DNA of 64,000 nucleotides from an uncultured Vibrio sp. (GCA_963676525.2 CAXXNB010000010.1:19797-83796); one strand, 5' to 3'. Shown: positions 20,901 to 28,377, counted from the stretch's first letter. Numbers and translations: made by a program. Notes: generated from the sequence alone by a model not told the origin.

Positions 20901-21523
20901 ATGTACTGGCAAGCGGAGCAGATGTGAATGTATTGGTGATGGATACAGAGGTGTACTCAAACACTGGCGGGCAGATGTCAAAATCAACGCCATTAGGTGC
21001 TGCTGCTAAGTTTGCTGCCGGTGGCAAACATGCCAGCAAAAAAGACATCGCCCTTCAGGCCATTGCTTATAAAAATGTCTATGTCGCCAGAATTGCTATT
21101 GGTGCGGATCCGCAACAGGCACTTTTGGCGATGCGTGAAGCTGAGGCTTATCATGGTCCATCAATGATTATTGCGTATAGCCATTGTATTGCTCATGGCA
21201 TCAATATGAATGATGGTCGCCGTCAGCAGCTTCTTGCGGTGAAATCCGGGCACTGGCCATTATTCCGCTATAATCCGGAACTAATTGGTTCAGGAATCAA
21301 CCCATTTTCTCTGGATACGCTACGTCCGAGCATTCCATTAAAAGAATATCGATTGAATGAAGCAAGATATAAAGTGCTCTATGATGCAGACCCTGATTAT
21401 TATGAACAGGTATTGGCCCAGGCTCAGGAAGTTGCTGAAAATAAATGGCAGTTCTATGAAGAGCTTGCCACTCGTCCAGATGCTGCAGTTCTTCCTCATT
21501 TTGGGCATGAAATCCGGCATTGA
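17921..21523 (+). CDS. nifJ: Pyruvate:ferredoxin/flavodoxin oxidoreductase (homodimeric NifJ/PFOR type)
   Basis: IFPITPSS, MQSEGGAAG, GLGADGTVGANK, two CxxCxxCxxxCP clusters, EFSGACSGCGE, GGDGWAYDIG and EVYSNTGGQ. Confidence 0.95.
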   Translation: MMNLDKQTVMHTCDGNEATAYIAYRVSEVCGIFPITPSSAMAEFADQWASEGKPNLWGNIPLIAEMQSEGGAAGTVHGALQSGALTTTFTASQGLMLMLPNMYKIAGELTSTVFHVAARSLAAQALSIFGDHQDVMAVRGTGFALLASSSVQEAHDLALIAHASTLLSRIPFVHFFDGFRTSHEVNKISLIPDSVIREMISDRLVREHRERGLRPDNPFIRGTAQNPDVYFQARETVNPFYEATPDIVQACMDQLADLTGRQYQLMEYSGATDAEHIVVAMGSGVETIKETVDYLTALGEKVGVIKVRLYRPLSASHLLDAIPDTVKTITVLDRTKETGANGDPLYQDVMTAVVENSERFTMIPKLIAGRYGLSSKEFTPAMVKAVFDNMKSDNIKQHFTVGIIDDVTHSNLNVDDSFDIESNEIVRALFFGLGADGTVGANKNTIKIIGADPDYFAQAYFVYDSKKSGSKTESHLRFGHHPINSPYLIQSANFIACHQATFVETVNMLDKAAVGATFLLNSSVPKDKVWRSLPEHMQQTLIDKQMKLFVIDACKVARETEMGSRINTIMQTCFFALSGVMDKDTAIGKIKKAIEKTYSRKGAELVQKNFAAVDQALANLYQVDIPESVSSDVINKPTVEEQAPEFVQTVTAEMIRGKGDLIPVSMLPIDGTYPSGTSRWEKRNIAQRIPIWESEDCIQCGNCSMICPHAAIRAKFYDKSLLERAPEGFKSAGITARGFPDARYTLQVYPEDCTGCGLCVDACPVQNPIDVGQLPRKAINMELKAPYLETEKESLKFFETIPYNDRSRVDFSHVRGVQFLEPLFEFSGACSGCGETPYLKLISQLFGDRMMVANATGCSSIYGGNLPTTPWSKNSAERGPAWSNSLFEDNAEFGFGFRLAATKQHELAKQLLIEHKDVLAPLLVDLLLNAKQITESDIQAQIERVEELKQCLEKIGTNEALNLISVADQLIRRSIWIVGGDGWAYDIGYGGLDHVLASGADVNVLVMDTEVYSNTGGQMSKSTPLGAAAKFAAGGKHASKKDIALQAIAYKNVYVARIAIGADPQQALLAMREAEAYHGPSMIIAYSHCIAHGINMNDGRRQQLLAVKSGHWPLFRYNPELIGSGINPFSLDTLRPSIPLKEYRLNEARYKVLYDADPDYYEQVLAQAQEVAENKWQFYEELATRPDAAVLPHFGHEIRH

Positions 21524-21525
21524 AT

Positions 21526-21553
21526 AAAAAACCGCCCGTTGAGATGCGGGCGG
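21526..21553. terminator. Hairpin between nifJ and parD
   Basis: ccgcccg/ttgagatg/cgggcgg, preceded by an A-run. Confidence 0.55.
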
Positions 21554-21655
21554 CTTGCTGAGCTTTGTCCATAACAAGGTTGTTTAAGAAAATTGTCTTA
21601 CCTCCCCACATACGCTATATTCATTTTTATTAAATATGAATATTTGAGGTGTTTC

Positions 21656-21904
21656 ATGGCCACTACTAGCTTAAGCTTGGGAGAACATTGGGAAGTGTTC
21701 ATAAAAAATGAAATATCCAGCGGTCGTTATGGTTCCGCAAGTGAAGTTGTGCGTGATGCCTTACGTGCGATGGAAGAACGAAAAAGTAAGTTAGAAGCTT
21801 TACGTGCTCACCTGTCCGAAGGTGCCACCCAGGCTAATAATGGCGATTTTGTTGATGATTTTTCTATGGATTCACTTATCAATGACCTGGATGCAGAGTC
21901 CTGA
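21656..21904 (+). CDS. parD: ParD-type (ribbon-helix-helix) antitoxin
   Basis: TSLSLGEHW...SGRYGSASEVVRDALR motif, acidic C-terminus, overlaps the toxin start. ATG 21656 behind GAGG. Confidence 0.88.
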   Translation: MATTSLSLGEHWEVFIKNEISSGRYGSASEVVRDALRAMEERKSKLEALRAHLSEGATQANNGDFVDDFSMDSLINDLDAES

Positions 21905-22218
21905 TGACGCACAATCCTAAGATAAAGGTCAGAGTCACCCCTCGTGCTCAGGATGATTTAAAAAATATCGGCCGTTATACGGAGCAGATATGGGGAAAAG
22001 CGCAACGAAACCGCTACTTGAAGAACATTGAAGTACGCTTTCAATGGCTTGCTGAAAATCCTTTACTTGGTAAACATCGAACGGATATCTGTGAAGGCTA
22101 CTACAGTTTTCCTGAGGGGCAGCATGTGGTGTTCTACCTAATTGGCAGTCATTCCATTGATATCATCGGTATTCCCCATAAAGAAATGGACACGATTCAT
22201 TATTTCTTGGAAAGCTAG
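21904..22218 (+). CDS. parE: ParE/RelE-family toxin
   Basis: RAQDDL..IGRYT..IWG..Q...Y, NPLLG, HVVFY pattern. Confidence 0.9.
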   Translation: MTHNPKIKVRVTPRAQDDLKNIGRYTEQIWGKAQRNRYLKNIEVRFQWLAENPLLGKHRTDICEGYYSFPEGQHVVFYLIGSHSIDIIGIPHKEMDTIHYFLES

Positions 22219-22230
22219 GCTGGGGATGGA

Positions 22231-22256
22231 AAAGCCCTTTAAAGTCAAAGGGCTTT
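22231..22256. terminator. Bidirectional terminator shared by parE and the pre-insertion yicC 3' end
   Basis: Perfect 10-bp stem aaagcccttt/aaagtc/aaagggcttt, 26 bp from the displaced yicC stop codon. Confidence 0.75.
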
Positions 22257-22282
22257 AGCGTGTTTAAGGAATGTTTGGGGAA

Positions 22283-22303
22283 TTATTCAATATTCTGGAT
22301 CTG
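22283..22303. repeat. Distal att site (displaced original yicC 3' end)
   Basis: ttattcaatattctggatctg. Minus strand encodes QIQNIE-TAA. 17 bp are identical and 19 of 21 match the copy at 36222-36242. Confidence 0.92.
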
Positions 22304-22363
22304 AATGAACTATTTTATATTAAGCTATTGATTATATTATATTATATTATTTTTGTTTTATTA

Positions 22364-22387
22364 TTTGTCACCAGCATGTCACCAATT
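22364..22387. promoter_or_regulatory. Probable integrase arm-type sites, left end
   Basis: Tandem TGTCACCA (tttgtcacca 22364-22373; tgtcaccaatt 22377-22387). The same motif recurs at the right end. Confidence 0.7.
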
Positions 22388-22595
22388 GAATTAAACTCTT
22401 CAATAAAGTACACATACAATTTCCCCAACCATCGTTATCGTCTGCATAAAAAGGTTATATACCTAAACCTAGTAATTATCAGGTGTAACTTATTGCTATT
22501 TCACAAAGATGCAATTTTTTCCCCCTGGTACTTTGCCAGAATTTCATTAGAATAATACTATATGTACCTAATTAAGTTTTAAGAGTATTTTCTAA

Positions 22596-23861
22596 ATGTC
22601 ACCCAAACCTAACGCTTTCAAAAGTGGCACCTATATCGATCTTTTCTCTGGTTGTGGAGGACTATCACTAGGTTTAGGTAATGCTGGTTGGAAGGGGCTT
22701 TTCGCTGTAGAAAAAGATTCAATGGCATTTTCTACTTTTAAGCACAACTTAATTGATGGAAAGCATGCACACTTTGATTGGCCTGAGTGGTTGCCCAAGC
22801 AATCCACAACAATTCAAAAACTTCTAGAAGAGTATCCGCAACAGTTATCTGATTTAAAAGGTAACGTTGATCTAATTGCGGGAGGACCACCTTGTCAGGG
22901 ATTCTCGATTGCGGGACTAAGAAATGCGAAAGATCCAAGAAATAAACTATCAGACGAATATATAAAAATGGTAGAGATAGTCTCTCCTAAGTTTCTCCTA
23001 TTAGAAAATGTACGCGGATTTAATACTTCTTTTAAAGCTCCTGAGGGTAAGAAAGCAAGAAAGCCTTATTCAATGATCGTAAAGGCGAAGCTTGAAAGTC
23101 TTGGTTATAAAGTGTTCACCGACTTTCTATGTAGCGCAGACTTTGGAGTTCCCCAAAAGCGCACTAGGTTCATAATGATAGGAATCAAAAATGAATTAGT
23201 AGGTCAAGACTTCCAGAATCCTTTTGAAACTATTAAAAAAAATAGAAGGGATTTCTTGATTAGTAAGAAGCTACCTCTACGTCAAGTTAAAGTAAAGGAC
23301 GCTATTGGTGATCTATTAGTGAAAACGAATGGATTGATATACCACTCAGGAACTGAGAAAAGTGGTTTTAAACAGGTTGACTATAAAGTTCCTTCAAAAC
23401 CTTCGAAGTACCTCCGAGTTATAAGGAAGGGGGCTGGAAACTCTAAGCCCAATAGTCTTCGATTGGCTAGACATAAAGAGAGCACTATAGAGAAATTCAC
23501 GAAGATTCAGAAAATCTGTAAGCCTGGTGTTAGTTTGAGTGAGCAGATGCGTTTGGAAATAGGAACTAAGAAGCAAGCGATAACCGTTTTAAATCCCAAT
23601 GAACCATCAACAACGCTAACTACCTTACCGGATGATTTACTTCACTATAGTGAGCCAAGAATTCTTACGGTAAGAGAAATGGCACGTATCCAATCATTTC
23701 CAGATAGTTTTGATATTTTAGGGAAGTATACCACCGGTGGTGATAGACGGACTCAAGAATGCCCTAGATATACTCAAATAGGAAATGCAGTTCCTCCTCT
23801 TCTTGGTGAGGCATTGGGTGCAACAATTAGGAATATAAGGACTAAGTTAGACAATGGATAA
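22596..23861 (+). CDS. DNA (cytosine-5)-methyltransferase
   Basis: Motif I FSGCGG, motif IV GGPPC(100)QGFS, ENV, QKRTRF, RILTVREMARIQSFP and QIGNAVPP. Confidence 0.96.
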   Translation: MSPKPNAFKSGTYIDLFSGCGGLSLGLGNAGWKGLFAVEKDSMAFSTFKHNLIDGKHAHFDWPEWLPKQSTTIQKLLEEYPQQLSDLKGNVDLIAGGPPCQGFSIAGLRNAKDPRNKLSDEYIKMVEIVSPKFLLLENVRGFNTSFKAPEGKKARKPYSMIVKAKLESLGYKVFTDFLCSADFGVPQKRTRFIMIGIKNELVGQDFQNPFETIKKNRRDFLISKKLPLRQVKVKDAIGDLLVKTNGLIYHSGTEKSGFKQVDYKVPSKPSKYLRVIRKGAGNSKPNSLRLARHKESTIEKFTKIQKICKPGVSLSEQMRLEIGTKKQAITVLNPNEPSTTLTTLPDDLLHYSEPRILTVREMARIQSFPDSFDILGKYTTGGDRRTQECPRYTQIGNAVPPLLGEALGATIRNIRTKLDNG

Positions 23862-26277
23862 GTTACAATTCGAGGTTAGCTCAGGGTTAAAATCTATTAT
23901 AGGTAAAGATCTAATAACAAATGATATTGTAGCTATCTTTGAATTAGTAAAAAATTCCTACGATGCAAACTCTAAAAGAGTAGATATCATTTTTACTACT
24001 AAGTTTGAGAAAATAAAGGTAGATAATGAGCATATAGAAGTTGCTTATAAAGATAAGATTTTTATCATTGATAGTGGCAAGGGGATGTCTTATCAAGATA
24101 TTAAAAATAAGTGGTTAAAAGTTGCATATTCAGCAAAAAAAGATGGAACGGAAGACCATTTACATAAAACCTATGCAGGGAATAAAGGTGTAGGTAGATT
24201 CTCCTGCGACAGGTTAGGTGCTAAATTAAGAATTCAATCAAAAACAGAAGATTGTGATGAAATCTCAAATTTATATATAGATTGGGGGGATTTTGATAAG
24301 GACTTTAAAAGGGAGTTTTCGAGTGTAGATATTCTTTATGAAAAAAAAGAAAGCTTTGATTTCCCCAAAGAGTTTAATGAAAAAATAAAATCTGGAGTTA
24401 TAATTGAAATTTCTAGTTTAAGAGAAAAATATTCTTGGACAACAAATAAATTACTAGATTTAAAAAGAAATTTAATTAAGCTTGTAGACCCTTTTGGTGA
24501 TTCTAGATTTGTATTTGATATATATATAAATGATAGTTATTCAAAAGAACGTGATGACAATATTATAAATAGTGCCCAACCAGAAGACGAATTTCAAACC
24601 AATATAATAAACGGGAAAATAAGTAATACAATAATAGATGTATTAAAATCCAAAACAACGTATCTTGAAGTTGAGTTGAAAGACAAACATTATTATTCAA
24701 CTCTTAAAGATAGAGGAGAGTTGGTTTATAAAATTAAAGAGCCAATTAATAAAAACAGTTTCTTAGTTGATAGTTCTTTTAAATGCGAATTGTTTTTTCT
24801 TAATAGATCAGCCAAATCTACTTTTACTCGGAGGATGGGAACACAATCAGTGAGTTATGGTTCGTTGTTCTTATTTAGGAATGGCTTTAGAGTTTATCCC
24901 GTAGGTGAAGAAGATAATGATTTTTGGGGATTAAATAGAAGAAAACAACAAGGTCATTCTAGATATCTCGGTAGTCGAGATATTTTAGGTAAAGTTGAAG
25001 TATGGGGAAATGAAGATGAATTTAAAGAAGCATCTAGCCGAGATATGGGATTAATTAAAACTGATGCTTCTGAGGAATTAAAAAAAGTAATTTTAGATAG
25101 AGTTGTAAAAAAATTGGAAGCATATGTTGTAGGTATACAATGGAAAGATGCTTTTGATAAAGATTTTGATACACCAGAAAGAATGTTTAGGGATGAAAAT
25201 AAAGTAAGAATATTAGATTTAGTTTCAAAGCTTTCTGGGACGGACTCTATAGAGCTTATTGATTATAACAATGATCTTGTTGCGATTTATGACGAAAAAT
25301 CTAAACACTTTGAGTCTACAATAGACAAAATAGTTGGGCTTGCTGGGGAAACTAATAATACTAAGCTTTTAAAATTAGTAAAAGAAGCAACATCTAGATT
25401 TGAATTAGAGAAGAAAAGGGCTGAAGAAGCTAAGAAGCAGGCTGATTTAGAACAGAAATTACGTCGTGAAGCTGAGCTTAAGGCCAGAGAAGAATCAATA
25501 CGACGGGCTGAGGAAGAGACTAAAAGGCGTCAAGCAGAAGCACAAGCCGAAAAATTTAAAGTAGAATCTGAACATGAAAAGTCACGAAATCTCTTTTTAT
25601 CTTCAATGGCAAAAGATAGAGATAAAGAAAAGTTAGAAAGTTTTATTCATCAATTAATAATTTATTCTGCTGCGACAAAAGACTTAATTAACAATGCAAT
25701 TTATAAAGTTAATAAGAATAAAGGAAATCTAGATAAGTTAGAGATATTAGATGTATTTTCAGAGATATTAAATAATAATGAAAAAATAATAACGACATCA
25801 AGATTTGCTGTAATGGCTGATTTTATGCTTGATTCAGCTTGCATAGAAGAAAATTTAACTGATTATATAGCTCAATATATGAGTGATATTATAACTGCAT
25901 ATAATCAAAAAATTAAAATAGAAAATAACATTCCTAATGATATTGATTTTGTTATCCGTTTTTCTCCAATCGAAATAGGGTTAATATTTGATAATTTGAT
26001 TTCTAATGCGCAAAAGGCAAGAGCTTCAAAAGTTATTGTAGATGCTAAGGTTGATAAAAATAATTACCTTATTATTACAGTCACTGATAATGGTAAAGGT
26101 ATTAGCTCACAAATAGATGCAACACGAATATTTGAGAAAGGGTACACTTCAACGAATGGATCCGGTCTCGGTTTATATCATGCGAAAACTCAAGTAGAAA
26201 AAATTGGTGGTGAGATATTACTCGATGAAACACAACCATTACGAGGCGCAAGATTTACTATAAGGATAAAGAAATGA
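23854..26277 (+). CDS. Fusion of MORC/MutL-type GHKL ATPase, coiled coil and histidine kinase (two ATP-binding GHKL domains)
   Basis: N-terminal ELVKNSYDA, IIDSGKGMS, GNKGVGRFS. Charged coiled coil around residues 500-580. Putative H-box FIH(599)QL. C-terminal DNLISNA, DNGKG, IFEKGYT, GSGLGLY. No TM segment. Confidence 0.88.
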   Translation: MDKLQFEVSSGLKSIIGKDLITNDIVAIFELVKNSYDANSKRVDIIFTTKFEKIKVDNEHIEVAYKDKIFIIDSGKGMSYQDIKNKWLKVAYSAKKDGTEDHLHKTYAGNKGVGRFSCDRLGAKLRIQSKTEDCDEISNLYIDWGDFDKDFKREFSSVDILYEKKESFDFPKEFNEKIKSGVIIEISSLREKYSWTTNKLLDLKRNLIKLVDPFGDSRFVFDIYINDSYSKERDDNIINSAQPEDEFQTNIINGKISNTIIDVLKSKTTYLEVELKDKHYYSTLKDRGELVYKIKEPINKNSFLVDSSFKCELFFLNRSAKSTFTRRMGTQSVSYGSLFLFRNGFRVYPVGEEDNDFWGLNRRKQQGHSRYLGSRDILGKVEVWGNEDEFKEASSRDMGLIKTDASEELKKVILDRVVKKLEAYVVGIQWKDAFDKDFDTPERMFRDENKVRILDLVSKLSGTDSIELIDYNNDLVAIYDEKSKHFESTIDKIVGLAGETNNTKLLKLVKEATSRFELEKKRAEEAKKQADLEQKLRREAELKAREESIRRAEEETKRRQAEAQAEKFKVESEHEKSRNLFLSSMAKDRDKEKLESFIHQLIIYSAATKDLINNAIYKVNKNKGNLDKLEILDVFSEILNNNEKIITTSRFAVMADFMLDSACIEENLTDYIAQYMSDIITAYNQKIKIENNIPNDIDFVIRFSPIEIGLIFDNLISNAQKARASKVIVDAKVDKNNYLIITVTDNGKGISSQIDATRIFEKGYTSTNGSGLGLYHAKTQVEKIGGEILLDETQPLRGARFTIRIKK

Positions 26278-27164
26278 AGTTAACTTATAATATTTTATGG
26301 TTTGAAGATCAATTTGATGCAATCACGCCATCAGTCGATAGGTTGGAAGGTTTTATTCGAGATGAAGGGCTAATACCTGTTTTAGAAAAGCGAAATGGCA
26401 TCACGGAGGAAGAAATTTATAAAATATCAGATAAACTTGAAAGAAATAATCCGTATGATTTGGTTATTTTTGATTTTGATATGGGAGAGGGTTCTCTTGA
26501 TGGTATTGAAATAGCTAAAATTCTTAGAACAAACATATATACAGATATGGTGTTTTATTCAGGAAAAAAACCAGATGAAATAAGTGAGCTTGTTTATAAA
26601 AATGGAGTTCAAGGAGTATATATTGCTCATAAATTGAATTTGATCGATGAAGTAGAGCCTTTAATTCAAGACCAAATAAAAAAAATATCAAGCTTAAATG
26701 GTGCTAGAGGGCTTGTGATGTCTGAGTCTAGTCAGATAGATATTGATCTTAGAAATAAGGTTATTAATGTTGTAAAAGGTTTTTCTAGAGAAGAGCTTGA
26801 TACGATTACCAAGAAAATAAAAGAAAGGTTAAGTAGTAAACTGAATGAAAGAGGGAAAAAGCTAGAAGAACTAGAAGTGTACGATATTATTTTTAGTACT
26901 ATGCTAATGGATAACGATACACTCAGGAAAACATGTAAGGATATTTATACATCCTCTACAATTTTTAATGAAGGTGGTAAATATCAAGTAACACAGCAAG
27001 AACGGAATTTTTTAGCTCATAATCCTCATGAATTACTTGATAATGGAGATATATTGGTTAAAGGTTTAAATAAAAATAGGACATATAACCATAGTGAATT
27101 TAGTCGAGTAAGGAAAGAACTCATTGAGCTTAAGAGTTTAATAAATGAAATTGATACACAATAA
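26274..27164 (+). CDS. Receiver (REC) domain protein with C-terminal helical domain bearing a HEPN-like RxxxxH motif
   Basis: ILWFED acidic pocket, LVIFD(67)FDM...DG and VFYSG. C-terminal R244-NFLA-H249. ATGA overlap with the kinase gene. REC call is firm; HEPN call rests on the motif only. Confidence 0.75.
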   Translation: MKLTYNILWFEDQFDAITPSVDRLEGFIRDEGLIPVLEKRNGITEEEIYKISDKLERNNPYDLVIFDFDMGEGSLDGIEIAKILRTNIYTDMVFYSGKKPDEISELVYKNGVQGVYIAHKLNLIDEVEPLIQDQIKKISSLNGARGLVMSESSQIDIDLRNKVINVVKGFSREELDTITKKIKERLSSKLNERGKKLEELEVYDIIFSTMLMDNDTLRKTCKDIYTSSTIFNEGGKYQVTQQERNFLAHNPHELLDNGDILVKGLNKNRTYNHSEFSRVRKELIELKSLINEIDTQ

Positions 27165-27609
27165 AACAGTCATCGTTGATCTTGATGGAACTTTAGCTTT
27201 AAACAAGCACCGAAGTCACTTTATTGATAAGTCCGATGGCAAGAAAGCTGACTGGGTCTCGTACTTTGAGGCTTGTGATCAAGACTTACCTCATAAACCA
27301 GTTATTGAGTCAGTAAATGCTCTAAAGAGGCAAGGGTATCGAATACATATTTTTTCTGCCAGAGGTGATTTAGTCAGAGATAAAACCGTTAATTGGCTTT
27401 CCCGATATGGTGTTATGTATGATGAACTTACAATGAGGGAAATGGATACATTTACAGCAGATGAAATACTGAAACGTTTTTGGTTGGTAGATCTTTATCC
27501 AAACTACAAAGATGACATTCTGTGTGTGTTCGATGACAGAGATAAAGTTGTCAAAATGTGGCGCGATTTGGGCCTCATATGCTTTCAAGTAGCAGAAGGA
27601 AACTTTTGA
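27145..27609 (+). CDS. HAD-superfamily phosphatase resembling the 3'-phosphatase domain of T4 polynucleotide kinase
   Basis: VIVD(12)LD(14)GTLA, IFSAR, LTMR...D...K and VFDDRDKVVKMWRDLGLICFQVA. Confidence 0.88.
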   Translation: MKLIHNKTVIVDLDGTLALNKHRSHFIDKSDGKKADWVSYFEACDQDLPHKPVIESVNALKRQGYRIHIFSARGDLVRDKTVNWLSRYGVMYDELTMREMDTFTADEILKRFWLVDLYPNYKDDILCVFDDRDKVVKMWRDLGLICFQVAEGNF

Positions 27610-27648
27610 TTTGCTCCCTTCGATAGGCTCTAACTATTAGAGATAATT

Positions 27649-28377
27649 ATGACAAACTGGAAGATATATGAAAGGTTCGTTGCTGAGTTGTGTTCTGATG
27701 ACTATCAGTCTTCTAGTGTTACAGTTATTCCGAATGCCAAAATTAAAGGCTGTCTAAGTCAAACACTTAGGCAAGTGGATGTACTCATTGATTCTCGTTT
27801 TGGTGACGATAGAAATCGTAGAATTATTGTCGACTCAAAGAAGTATAACCGTCCGTTAAACGTTAAAGATGTAGAAAGCTTTCATGGAATGATGCTCGAT
27901 TGTTCATCTAAAGCAGGTATTTTAGTTTGTCCCAACGGTTATAGTGAAGCCGCGAAGAAAAGAGCACAGGATTTCATTAATCTCAAAGTGGTATCCCTTG
28001 CTGAGCTAGAAAATATTGATCTTTCATTATGGGATGATTGTTTCAGTGAGAATTGTAACGATAAAGCTGAACGAGGGTTAGTATTGTGGGACAGCCCCAT
28101 GGGCATAGGTTCTACTATGTCCCCCGTATCAATTTCCTGCATCGGGAAGTGTGATGTCTGCGGTGACTTCCATATTTGGTGTTGGGACTGCGGTACTAAG
28201 TTTTCTGTAAGCAATGAAAGTGAAGCTCAATGTGCCTGTGGTTATCCCTGGTTTTGGCTTACAACTATTGAAGAAGATGACATTAGTTCAAATGAGTACG
28301 AAATATCAAAATCCGTATATTTGCTTTTAGTTACTCTAAAAGATGTTTTTATTGCGGATCGAAAGCCATTGAATTAA
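27649..28377 (+). CDS. Mrr-type PD-(D/E)xK restriction endonuclease with Cys-rich C-terminal domain
   Basis: YE(8)RFVAEL, RQVD(44)VL, IVD(62)SK(64)KY, VKDVESF and GYSEAA. C-terminal CxxxxC, CDVC, CWDC and CAC. Confidence 0.82.
   Translation: MTNWKIYERFVAELCSDDYQSSSVTVIPNAKIKGCLSQTLRQVDVLIDSRFGDDRNRRIIVDSKKYNRPLNVKDVESFHGMMLDCSSKAGILVCPNGYSEAAKKRAQDFINLKVVSLAELENIDLSLWDDCFSENCNDKAERGLVLWDSPMGIGSTMSPVSISCIGKCDVCGDFHIWCWDCGTKFSVSNESEAQCACGYPWFWLTTIEEDDISSNEYEISKSVYLLLVTLKDVFIADRKPLN

Noticed and set aside
21656-22218. parDE as the island's addiction module
   Set aside because: It lies outside the att repeats.
22271-22555. 94-aa ORF spanning the distal att site
   Set aside because: It crosses the recombination junction and arm sites. 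Its Ile/Leu/Tyr bias is explained by AT-rich non-coding DNA.
22596-28377. Assignment to DISARM, BREX, Druantia, Mza or a plain type II RM system; presence of vsr
   Set aside because: The signature genes (DrmA/B, PglZ, Z1 domain, helicases) are absent, and no Vsr-like ORF is visible in the island.
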